Shown here: positions 36,982 to 47,700 of the stretch, one piece after another
Layout: every line of letters begins with the position of its first letter
How positions within the stretch are numbered: the first letter of the stretch is position 1
DNA from: an archaeon
Lineage (GTDB): Archaea; Nanobdellota; Nanobdellia; Pacearchaeales; GW2011-AR1
Assembly (NCBI GenBank): GCA_043821585.1
Contig: JBDRCQ010000002.1
Span: forward strand, 49,658-113,657
Direction: 5' to 3'
Length of the DNA stretch: 64,000 bases
Position numbers and translations under genes: made by a program
Notes under the pieces: model-generated
Seen by the model: the letters and a program-made list of their open reading frames with translations, nothing else
Databases searched by the model: none
Told to the model about the DNA's origin: nothing

Positions 36982-37650
36982 ATGTGGTATCTGAAGTTCA
37001 GAGTTAAACATAAAGATTGCATTTATACACCAAAGACCGAAGAGCTAAACATAAGAGACTTTACTTATCCATTAGGCCATGTACTAAATGGAAATAGTGT
37101 TCTTTTGTCTGCCATCCATATTTTGGAAGGCTCAGAGGGATCAATTAAAAAATATGTAAATTACCTAAAAAAACACAAAGACGTCCTAAAAATAGAAGGG
37201 TTTGGGAACGTCTTTTTCATTAGGGTGCGTGAAAAATTAAGCACTCTTGAGTACCAAGCAGTATATAACCCTGAGTTATTGTTCCCAGCCCCAATGATTA
37301 ATGACAAGGACGGTTTTGAAATATGGCAAGTGGCTAGCTGGGATAGGAAACATTTAGAGAGGATTGTTAAATTAAGCGATTCACCCGTTATTCTTGATTT
37401 TAAACTATTGGAATTTAAGAAAAAAATTATCCACGACGTGTATATCTCAAGTCTTCTACCGAAGCTTGCGCCAAAACAGATGGAAGCCTTACGTCTGGCT
37501 TTTGAAAATGGTTATTACGAGTTTCCTAAAAAAACAGACCTCAATAAATTAGCAAGGCTGATGAGAGTTCATAAAACCACTTACCAAGAGCATTTGAAAA
37601 GAGCAGAGTCAAAAATAATCCCCTTTATTCTTGGGCAGAGATTTACCTGA
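36982..37650 (+). CDS. bacterio-opsin activator (HTH_10)-type regulator
   Basis: C-terminal LAPKQMEALRLAFENGYYEFPKKTDLNKLA...HLKRAESKI; TATA at 36945-36960 places the start at 36982. Confidence 0.88.
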   Translation: MWYLKFRVKHKDCIYTPKTEELNIRDFTYPLGHVLNGNSVLLSAIHILEGSEGSIKKYVNYLKKHKDVLKIEGFGNVFFIRVREKLSTLEYQAVYNPELLFPAPMINDKDGFEIWQVASWDRKHLERIVKLSDSPVILDFKLLEFKKKIIHDVYISSLLPKLAPKQMEALRLAFENGYYEFPKKTDLNKLARLMRVHKTTYQEHLKRAESKIIPFILGQRFT

Positions 37651-37706
37651 TATGTAGGGGTAAAATTAATTATACGCATCCGATGACCACTTCTTAGGAG
37701 TTAAAA

Positions 37707-37865
37707 ATGAAAAATAAAACAGAAACAAAGAGATACGTCTTAGTGAAAAAAGTCGCTAAGCACGGAAGACAGGCAGTGATAGTTGTGCCAGCGATGTTAC
37801 AAAATAAACTGAAGCCAGGCACACTAATGCAGCTTACAATTGATGTTCTAGAGGGGGTTATATAA
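37707..37865 (+). CDS. 52-aa AbrB/SpoVT-like protein (below ORF-track cutoff)
   Basis: MKNKTETKRYVLVKKVAKHGRQAVIVVPAMLQNKLKPGTLMQLTIDVLEGVI; AGGAG RBS; TAATG-coupled to the next ORF. Confidence 0.75.
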   Translation: MKNKTETKRYVLVKKVAKHGRQAVIVVPAMLQNKLKPGTLMQLTIDVLEGVI

Positions 37866-38362
37866 TGTTTGCGCGTTTTCATTCATCACGAGAAGAATAT
37901 GTAAATGAATTGATTAGAGAACTCGAGAGAAAATTGGGAGAATTAGAAATTCCATTTATCTTTAATCTTACTGTTAACAACCATCGCCTAAGTTATCCCA
38001 ACAGTATTGGGGTAGCTTATGCTGTGCCTCAAGCAACAATAGACAAAATAAAGGAATTATATTTTACGGACGGTACTGCCGGATGCTACCATACTCCTCT
38101 TATGAAATATAATGCAGACTTCACCTGGGAGATGTTTGATTCCCGAACCCGCATTGTTTCTTGGCATACTGAGGGTACATGGAAAACGGAAAATCTTGGT
38201 AGAGAACTTTTTGCAAGATTTAACCGTAAAAGAGCTTCTGGGAGCTATAAACCAAGACAGCAACTTTTCAATGAGATTAGGAGATATTTAGAAGGAATAG
38301 CACCACGTTGCGAGGAGCTCGGCATTCCAACTACCGATGAGGTGAAGCGCGATGGTAGGTGA
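37865..38362 (+). CDS. hypothetical protein
   Basis: Translationally coupled on both sides; no recognised motif. Confidence 0.6.
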   Translation: MFARFHSSREEYVNELIRELERKLGELEIPFIFNLTVNNHRLSYPNSIGVAYAVPQATIDKIKELYFTDGTAGCYHTPLMKYNADFTWEMFDSRTRIVSWHTEGTWKTENLGRELFARFNRKRASGSYKPRQQLFNEIRRYLEGIAPRCEELGIPTTDEVKRDGR

Positions 38363-39038
38363 ACTAGCATTTTGGAAACAGTACGCTAGAGCATATGAGG
38401 ATATCATTGGAAACTATTCTAGTCATAAGGCTCTCGTTGATGAACATCTAAGGGGATTGCGTGGATATCGCGCTGTTTTGGAAAGTGGAAGCGGTCCAGG
38501 TCATTTGACAAAAAGACTTCTCGATGCTGGACACCATGTTTATGCAATGGATGTTAGTTCAGAAATGTTGAGATTACTTAGGGAGAGATGTGGCAATAAT
38601 CCCAATCTTTCAATTGAGTGCGGAGATGCAAATGAGTTGCCGTACGGCGATGGTCAATTTGATGCAGTTTCTTCTATGTTGGTCTTTTGGGCTATGAAAG
38701 AACCAAGGAAGTATCTACTTGAACATAACAGGGTTTTGAGAACTGGAGGAAGACTTGTATTATCTGGGCCTGGACCAGAAACTAGAGAGAGTGTGGACCT
38801 ACAACTTAAAACGCTTAAGGGGGATCTGGAATCTCAAGGGCTGTTTCCTGAACTTCAAGCAAGCTGGGAATCTTTTTTGGAGTACACTGCTAAAAATGTA
38901 AATCACACTGCAGAGCGTTGGTTTAGCCATAGGGATATAACAAAATTGCTTGAAGGAACAGGGTTTAGGGTGGACTCGATAGAACGTAATCCTGTTTATT
39001 GCAACCAAGGGCACATTGTGACTGCGACAAAAATTTAA
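38352..39038 (+). CDS. class I SAM-dependent methyltransferase
   Basis: VLESGSGPG, YAMDVS, GDANELPYGDGQFDAV and RVLRTGG motifs. Confidence 0.9.
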   Translation: MVGELAFWKQYARAYEDIIGNYSSHKALVDEHLRGLRGYRAVLESGSGPGHLTKRLLDAGHHVYAMDVSSEMLRLLRERCGNNPNLSIECGDANELPYGDGQFDAVSSMLVFWAMKEPRKYLLEHNRVLRTGGRLVLSGPGPETRESVDLQLKTLKGDLESQGLFPELQASWESFLEYTAKNVNHTAERWFSHRDITKLLEGTGFRVDSIERNPVYCNQGHIVTATKI

Positions 39039-39080
39039 TCCCTATAAGGGTTATAGATGATGTTCTCAATCGCCTGTAGG

Positions 39081-39114
39081 GGGATTGTTTTTTTAAGATA
39101 AACAATCCCTTTTT
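39081..39114 (+). terminator. hairpin plus T-tract
   Basis: GGGATTGTTT/AAACAATCCC perfect 10-bp stem followed by TTTTT. Confidence 0.55.
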
Positions 39115-39168
39115 CAATAAGGTTCGCGAGTTGAGAAGGTTTTTATATTATCTTGGGTGTTTAGGTAG

Positions 39169-40254
39169 ATGGGATATTTGTTTTTGTTGAATGGCTTAGT
39201 TGCGATTTTAGTTTTGCTTTTTTTACTGGTGGGTTTTCTTAGACATTACAAGAAGGAAGATATTCAGAAAATTGTGCACTGGTTTGCGTTATTGTTTTTT
39301 GTTTATCTGGCATTGGCTGTTTTTTCTTTTTACTGGTTTTTTGGTTATTCTCCTTACGATTCATCTGATTTTGCGTTCATTTATGCTTTTGCTATTTTAG
39401 CTCAAACGCTGATTCTTTTTGGGGTCTTTTATTTTCTTTATGGTCAGAAGAAATTTCTGTATTGGTTGGCGTTTTATCTTGTTGCTTTGTTCTCTCTGTA
39501 TATTTCTCCATCTTATTTGCCGTTAGTTTTGTTGTTGATTTCTTTTTTCCTGACTTTAGTTTTGTTTTTGAATCTTTACTCGCTTTCTTTTATTTTCAAA
39601 ATGGTTAGTTACGTAGGGATTTTTTATGCTGCAGTCTCTGCTTTGTTTCAGTTTTTGCTTTTCTTTCAAATTGGGGATATTTTTGTTTATGGCTTGGTGT
39701 CTTCTATAATTTTTCTTGTTTTTGTTTATCTGTTTCTAAAAGACATTCTGAAATATCCTTTGAAAGCACATGGCCCAATCAACTTTGAGAAGTCTTCTGG
39801 GATTGTTTTGTTTATGAAGTATTTTATTTTCATGGTTGTTTTGACTAATTTGGTTCTGGTTGCTACGGTGAGTTTTCACGAGTTTAGTCATGTTCTGGTT
39901 TCTAGGTATTACGGTTGTGAATCGCGTACGATTGCTTACGAGGATGGAGGGTATCCTTATTCTGAGATTGTTTGTTCTAGCTTGGAGAATAAATTGCCGA
40001 TTACGTTGGCGGGTCCGTTGGGGCCAATTATTGTGGCCGCGTTGTTGTTTTTTGTGGGGGGCAGGTATATAAAACCAATTTCTTTTTTGGTTATTGGATT
40101 TAATTTACTCGCAGGTTATAGGGATTTTCAGGAAATTGGGCTTAGTATGAATCTGATTTTAGGGATTTCTATTTTAGGAATTGTCTCTTTGTTTTTTGGA
40201 GTTGTGTTTTTGGCCAAGTCAAGAATGCAAGATTATAAGGAATTTGTGCTTTAG
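39169..40254 (+). CDS. multi-pass membrane protein with C-terminal M50B-like metalloprotease motif
   Basis: About 7 N-terminal TMs, then FHEFSH (HExxH) and LAGP. Confidence 0.6.
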   Translation: MGYLFLLNGLVAILVLLFLLVGFLRHYKKEDIQKIVHWFALLFFVYLALAVFSFYWFFGYSPYDSSDFAFIYAFAILAQTLILFGVFYFLYGQKKFLYWLAFYLVALFSLYISPSYLPLVLLLISFFLTLVLFLNLYSLSFIFKMVSYVGIFYAAVSALFQFLLFFQIGDIFVYGLVSSIIFLVFVYLFLKDILKYPLKAHGPINFEKSSGIVLFMKYFIFMVVLTNLVLVATVSFHEFSHVLVSRYYGCESRTIAYEDGGYPYSEIVCSSLENKLPITLAGPLGPIIVAALLFFVGGRYIKPISFLVIGFNLLAGYRDFQEIGLSMNLILGISILGIVSLFFGVVFLAKSRMQDYKEFVL

Positions 40255-40329
40255 AGGCCGTAAACGCCTGTTTTAACCTATCCTGTGGCGTGTAGAAATC
40301 TTTTTATTCTGATTTTTGAAGTAATATCT

Positions 40330-41781
40330 ATGAAAAGGGGTAATGTAACTTGGATTTTCTTAGTGTTAATCGTGATGCTTCTGTTTGTCCAGGGTGTAAG
40401 GGCGAACTTTGCGTGCGGGATCTTACGGGGGGATGGAGACCTCTCTGCCTCATGGTTTAACGTTGATGTTTACTACTCAGATAATCCTGATGCGCGGACT
40501 CTCTGCGAGGTTAGCCCTGATGAGGATAAATTTTGTTGCGATCTTAATGATATTGAAGGGGAGACCTGGGCAATCGGAAGAGAGGTTACTGCAGAGGTTT
40601 CTGATGGCAGTTATTCCGCGGGCCCTGTGACTTCAGTGGTTTCTGGCGAAGGATATGATGTTTTCCCAGAGATGCAGTTGCAGAGGTTTATTGCGGTTCA
40701 CAGCCCAAATGAGAGCATTTATGTTGGCAATGGTGTGTTTGTTAATGTCTCAACTTTTGGAGGGTATGATGACCTTTCTTTTCTTATTAATTATTCTGGA
40801 GAGATAATGAATGACGAATGGGGCTACGACTCTGAAATTTGTACTAATTGCATGCATGCAGAGTTCTTTCTTGAGGACCTGCCTTACGGAAGTTACGAAC
40901 TAATTTTTATCGCACGTGATGGTGTGGGGGAGGAAGTGCGTGAAAGCAAGGAGTTTTATCTGCTTGAGTATTTCCATTTTTCTAGGGGGCTTGAATGTAA
41001 AAAATGCCGGAGAAACCTAATTTACTCTGGCCAGGTCGTGGATGTTACTGTTGGATTTGAGACGTCTCATCCGGTCAAAGGTGTTTTCAAGGATTATTAT
41101 CCGGGCGAGTGGAAGTTCAGCCAGAATAGTGTTCAAGAGAGCATAACTGAGTTTAGCGATACACATAATGAGGTGAGCTGGGCGGTTAATAACTCAACGT
41201 CTATTAAAAAGAAATATTCTCTTGTGGCCCCAAAGGTTTTCTTTACTCAGAAGTATTTTTTCCAGTCTTCCTTTAATTCGTATTGGGGGGAACAGTATCC
41301 AGTGATTGTTTATTGGTTTTATCAGTTTTGGCCTTATCCAAATAAGTATCTTCGGGAGATCTCAGGAGTTAATTATTATTCTAAATACGCTCAAATTTCT
41401 CCTGATAATGCTCTTGTTATGAATCCGAGAGATGATGATTTGGTGATGCTTGCGATCTTTCCAACTAAAGAGTTAAAAGAGGTTTATGCTTTTGCTCATA
41501 AGAAGTCGCCTGTGAGGAAGAGTGGGGCGAGTGTAAATTTTGTCTTGGGCACAAATGTTGAGGCCGGAGATATCTCTGAAATACTGATCAGGTTTAAGAT
41601 TAAGAAACCTGGTTTTTGGAGGGCGCTCGATGGTGCTGGCTTTTATCATTATGATGTTGAGAGCGATTCTTGGGAGTCTATTGAGAGCGAGATGTACAAT
41701 GAAGATGGAATTTATAGTTATTTTGAAGTTCGTGTTGATGACAAAGGGGCTTTTGCGATAGAGCCCAAGTATACTTGGTAA
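40330..41781 (+). CDS. secreted protein, Ig-like domain plus PGF-pre-PGF-like C-terminus
   Basis: Signal peptide MKRGNVTWIFLVL; C-terminal IRFKIKK...FYHYD...W...YSYFEV...FAI. Confidence 0.65.
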   Translation: MKRGNVTWIFLVLIVMLLFVQGVRANFACGILRGDGDLSASWFNVDVYYSDNPDARTLCEVSPDEDKFCCDLNDIEGETWAIGREVTAEVSDGSYSAGPVTSVVSGEGYDVFPEMQLQRFIAVHSPNESIYVGNGVFVNVSTFGGYDDLSFLINYSGEIMNDEWGYDSEICTNCMHAEFFLEDLPYGSYELIFIARDGVGEEVRESKEFYLLEYFHFSRGLECKKCRRNLIYSGQVVDVTVGFETSHPVKGVFKDYYPGEWKFSQNSVQESITEFSDTHNEVSWAVNNSTSIKKKYSLVAPKVFFTQKYFFQSSFNSYWGEQYPVIVYWFYQFWPYPNKYLREISGVNYYSKYAQISPDNALVMNPRDDDLVMLAIFPTKELKEVYAFAHKKSPVRKSGASVNFVLGTNVEAGDISEILIRFKIKKPGFWRALDGAGFYHYDVESDSWESIESEMYNEDGIYSYFEVRVDDKGAFAIEPKYTW

Positions 41782-41784
41782 GTT

Positions 41785-44700
41785 ATGAATAAAAAAGCGG
41801 TAGTAAAGGCAAGCATCTTGGCAGTTTTGCTAGTAGCAGCTGTTTTGTTTTTGTTGATGGTTCCTTCTAGCTCTTCTGCGATTGTTTTGGAGAAGAGCGA
41901 GTATGAGTTGGGTGAGACTGTCAGTTTGGATCTAAGCAGTTTTCATGTTTATAGAGTAAAGATAACAACCCCTAGTAAGTCTTATGTTAAGGAAGGAAAT
42001 GATGACTCTCTTGCGTTTAAGCCAGAGGAAGTTGGGAGTTATTCATTAAGGATTCAGTCTGGAGGGGACGAAGAATATTATTCTTTTGAGGTGGTGGGCG
42101 AAGACGATGAAGGTACTTTTGAGGAAGATGGAAATGCGACGGATGAAGAAGATACTTCCGGTGACCGGATTGTTGTGGGAAGGCCTGTGAAATGGAAAGA
42201 GAATTTTGAGATAGCTTCTGGAACTAAAAGGACAAAACTAAGTATACCCGAAAGCGAAAATGTTTCAGTTTTTAGAAATATAAGGGGGCAGAAAGAGAAA
42301 GTTAATTTCACTATAAGTCGAGATTTTAGTAGTAAGGGAAAGATGTCTTTGGTCTTTCAGAATGTCGAAGGGAATTTAGAGGTCGAATATTACACGCCTG
42401 GAGCAGAGAAGCAAGAGGTTATTTTTTCTGAAAGAGAGAAAGAGGTTAAGATTTCTTCTCCTCCAGACATGCATTATCAGAATGTTCTATCTTATACCAA
42501 CGTTTCTGAGCTGACTTCCAGAAAAGACGCGATAAAGGTTTATTGGAAGGAAGCAGGCAGGTATGTGGATTTTGAAGCTCTTGATGAGGATGGCAATGGG
42601 TTGTTGGATTATGTTGAATGGGTTGTTCCGCACTTGTCTGATCAGACGTTTTATGTTTACATTTTTATTGAGTCGGCTGAGCATTTGGACGAGAACAGGG
42701 TTTTTGTAGAGGATGTTTTTGAGGAGGTGAAGGAGTTGGATGATGTTTGGAAGGAGATACCTTCAGATCATTATGTTAGGGTGAGATTTGAGCAGAATCT
42801 TACCCGTGTGAATGACATAAAAATTTATGCGCGGAGCTCAGATAATGCTATTGTTGAGGTTTATGGAGCTGGTGGGGTGGAGAAGATTGCAGATTTTGGG
42901 GTTATTGTTGATGAGGGTTGGTACAGAATAATTTTAGAAGATTTGCAGATTGAACAGGATCTTTTTGACTTGAAGGTTGTTGGAGGGAGCGTTGAATTTG
43001 ATTATATTGTGGATCCGACTATCTTGGTTGATACAGATTACGGGAGAGATGTGGCTTTGGCAACGTTGGATGACACCACCTTTGTTGTTGCATGGATAGA
43101 CTACGCGGAGGGAGATATTTCATTTAGGGTTTACGATACAGACGGAACTGCTTTGACAGATGTTGTTGATGTGGCTAATGAGGCCGAAGCAGACTCGCAG
43201 ATTTCTGTTCAGGCATATAACTCTACAGATTTTATTCTTGCATGGATAGACTACGGTGATTCTTCTGGCGGTGGGACAAGTGAAGATGTTGAGGCTGCTT
43301 GGTACAATCGAGAGGGCGTTAACACCGTTGCTCAGTTTAATGTTGATACGGATGTAGGTAATACCAATGCTCTTTTGGTTGCTGATGTTTCTGTAGCAGT
43401 TCATTCGGATAGATATTATATCTGCCATATTGACGATGAGGATAACGACGCTGATGCTGCGGCCTTTCTTTTCTCTAATCCTAGTACTCAGGTGGGGGGT
43501 GATATTCAGATAGACGGAGGTGCTGGTCCGGCAGGAGTTACGCCTAGGAATATCATGGAATGTTCAGCGATCAATGATACTCATTGGGTGGCTGGGTGGT
43601 ATGATGATGGTACTGGCGGGTGTAACTCTGGAGGAAACGATATTATGACTAGCGTTCGGCTTCAGGATGGAACTGCGGTAACTTCTTGCGCTGTTTCTGA
43701 CGATGATGTTGGAACTGCAGGAGATGGCATGGTTGCTACGACTAGTTTGAATGGGGATAGGTTTGTCGTTCTTTGGACTGACAATAGCGGAGCTGACGAT
43801 TTGGACCTTGAAATGCAGATTCTAGATGCAGGCGGCAATACTATTTTGGGAGCTACAATTGTTGATCCAAATCATGGTGGTTTGGATGCTAGGCCAGGAC
43901 TGGCCACGGTTACAAATGTCTCTGATCCTTCTCAAGATTATTTTATTGCTGCTTGGAATGATAGAAATTCTGAGGATATTAGGGGCATTTTGTATGACTC
44001 TGCTGGGGCGCAAAAGGCAGGGCCCTTTGTTTTGGCTAGCGATGAAAGTGCTACAGAATTCGAGTTTGATATTTATGGGAAAGATGCTTACACTGGAATA
44101 GGGTTATGTCCAGGAACTTTTGTTTTTGCTTACACAAACGTTTCAGAGAATTTGGTCGTAAAAACGTTTAACATTGATGGAACTGATTGGGATGGCATCT
44201 GTGATTTTGATTCTCCCGGTGTTGAGATAATTTCTCCAGAGAGTAAGGCTTATGGGCCATTTGATTTTCCTATTTTCTTTAATGTTACGTTGGATGAGTT
44301 TGGGGATGCTGTGCTTTACAGTTTGGATGGTGGGGCGAGCAATGTTTCTATGAGCAGTTTGGATAACTTGAGCTATAACGCTAGCGTTTCTTCACTGGTC
44401 GGTGGCGCTTATGTTTTTAGGGTTTATGCAAATGACACGAAGGGTAATAGGAATCTTACAGAAAGTGTTTCTTTTACAGTTGATTTTACAGGCCCAACGA
44501 TAACCGTCGACTCTCCCCAAGAAACGAATTATACAGTTAATAACATAGATCTTAATTTTAGTATTCCAGATCTGGATGTTGACTCGTGTTGGTACAGCAC
44601 GGAGGGCGGTGATCCAAATATTTCTATACCTTATTGTGAGAATGTTTCAGTTGGTTTTGCTCAGGGAGACGTTACTTTGGTGGTTTATGCAAATGACAGT

Positions 44701-47700
44701 TTGAGTAATGAGGGGGCGTCTAGTCCTGTTTCATATTTTGTCGATAGCCTTTTTCCTCTTGTGAATTTTGAGCCGCCTACAGCTTTGCATGGCTCAAGCA
44801 GAAATCAAAATTATATTGAAGTAAATGTAAGTGTTGTGGAAGAGAATCTGATCAATATAACTTACACACTTGGTAACGGGAGCGGGATACTCAACATTAC
44901 AACTTTTGATACCTTAGTGACTGAGCTGGTCTGGGAAAACCTCGGCAATCAGGATATCGAGTATTCCTATAATGTTACCGTTGTGGATGTTTTGGGTAAT
45001 CCAAATTCTACAGAGACGAGGGCCATAATACTGACCAATGTCGACACGGCTGCGCCGGACATTTACTTTATCATGCCTGAGTCTGAGGGTTACTATTACA
45101 ATTCTTCTTCTGTTGATTTTGAGGTCACTATGAGTGAGAATGCCAGTTTTGTTTATTATAATCTGAATGATAGTTTTGTTAATCACACAATGTCTACTGA
45201 GAATAACATCACCTACAATGCAACCAACACCTCGATTGCCGATGGGCATTATGAGATTGTTGTTTATGCAAATGATACTTTAGATAATGCAGGTTCTAGG
45301 GGGAGGAATTTTAGTGTCGATACGGTTTTTCCTTTGATTGATTTTGGACAGGGATTGGAAGAGGATGGCGTTAATCTGAGTAGAGATTGGATTTATGTTA
45401 ATGTTTCAGTTGTCGATTTGAATGTGTGGGTTGTTAATTTTACGCTTTACGATTCTGTGAGTTTGGTGAATTTTAACGAGTCTTATGATGATGCGCGGGA
45501 AGTGAACTGGACGGAACTGCTTGATGGGGATTACGTGTACAATGTTACTGTGATTGACAAGGCGATGCATCTGAATGAGACTTCTTCCTTGCGTTTAAGG
45601 ATTGATCAGGCCGCTCCTTCGGCAGATCTATTAAGCCCGGGCGATGGATTATTACTTGATAATAGATTGCAGAATTTCAGTGTGGGTGTTGGTGATAATC
45701 TTGGATTGTTTAATGCAACATTTTTTGTTTATAATTCAACTGGATTGTTGGTTTACAACGAAACTATCTCCTATTTTGGTATTTCTTCTGTAATTGGGAT
45801 TGTCTATGAGGCCCCATATGATGGGGGTTTCAATTGGAGTTATTTAGTTGTGGATTCTGCAGGTAATGAAAATCTGACTGTAAATTACACTTTTTTGGTG
45901 GACTCGACACCGCCTTTGATTAATTTTACCTTCCCTACAGAACCAAATGAAGTTTCTGTTCCGCGAAGTTGGATTTATGCGAATGTTTCTGTTGTTGAGG
46001 ACAATTTTGCGAATATCACTTTTGAGTTAAGTAATGATACAGATTTGATTGATAGAAGCTTTTTCGATTATGAACTTTATTCGATAAATTGGACAGACTT
46101 GTCTAGCAATGGGGTGGCTTATTACTATAATGTTACTGTTTTTGATTCTCTTGGCTTCCAGAATCGTACGGAAACGAGAACTATTCATCTTATAGATGGA
46201 AGTGCACCTGCGATAACGGTCTTTAGCCCAGAGAATTCTACTTATGAGTATAGCAGGAGTATCAGGGTGGATTATAGTATTTCTGAGGAATACTTGGATT
46301 CTTGTTGGTATGTTTTAGATGGGGGGGCGAACGTTAATTTGCCTGGTTGCGGGCCCGGATTTTTTGAGACGAGTGATGGGCCCCATACATTGGAATTGTT
46401 TGCAAGGGACGCTTCATTTAATGTTAATTCTACTAACGTTACGTTTTATGTTAACACCTCTTTGGTTGAGACGAGTGATTGGTTTGTTCAGAGGGGACAG
46501 GAATCAGGGGTTAATGGAGTTTTGGATGTTCCTCTATCGGATCCAGTAGATAGATCAAAAAGTTTTGTTTTAGTTACTACAAGGGATAGCGATTCTGGTC
46601 CTGATACTTTACAGGTTACTGGCACCTTGACTAATACAACTAATCTGAGATTGGAGAATTATAACTCGGGTGGGGGGGCCCAGGTTTCTTGGGAGATCAT
46701 AACTGGGCCGAGCCTCAGAGTACAGAGAGGTGAGAAATATTCGGTAGTAGGGAATGGTACACTGACCGATTATATTGGGGAGGTCAATTTATCTTCAGCC
46801 TTTGCTTTTACTACTTCTCGGTCTTCATCTACGACCGGCGTTAATATTGAAGAGGGTTATTGGGAGGTTAGTTTTGCTGATAATTCTACATTGGATCTGA
46901 CAAGGAGGTTGTATGATTCAGAAGGTTATGTTTCTTGGCAGGTTGTTGAGTGGGAAGGGGCAGGGGTGCAGAGTGGCAGTTTTTCTACAGCAGGGACTAC
47001 GGCATCTGGCGTGTTGTCTCCAGAAGTTAATTTGAGCAAGTCTTTATTGATCTTTTCGTGGGCAGTGTCTGCAGGGGGAATGAACGATGTTAGTCTTTGG
47101 GGAGAACTTATTAGCAATAGTTCCGTTGATTTTTACAGGCAGGGCGCTGACGGCACATTATCTGCAACGTGGTTTGTTGTTGAAGGCAATAGTCTCAATG
47201 TTCAGAAGGGAACATCTGTTCTGTCTAACATTTCTACTCCGCAGTATGAAACATTGAGCAGGAAACTAGGTTTTCTTAATCAATCTTTCAATCGGGCTTC
47301 TTGGCATAGTAACGGGGGGGACACTGTTTCAAGAACTTTCCTTACAACTACATTGGTTAACGAAACTGTTCTTGCTTTACAAAAAGACAGCACTGGCAGT
47401 ATATCAAATAATATTTCGTGGCAGGTTGTTGAACTTGTCAATATCCCTCCAGGAGTTAGTTTGGTTTCTCCTGTTAATAATTCCAATCTTTCTTCTTGGG
47501 TTGTAGGGCCTTTTAATTTTACAGTTATAGACGATAACGGGTTGGCGAATTGTTCTCTGTATGGAGGCTGGGGTGGCGGATGGCATTTGGATCAGACGAT
47601 TTTGAGTCCAGGGAGCGGGGCTGGTAATTTTTCTTCGGCGGATGTAGGCGTTGATGGAACCTATGAATGGAACGTTGAATGTTTTGACAGCAAGGGAGTT

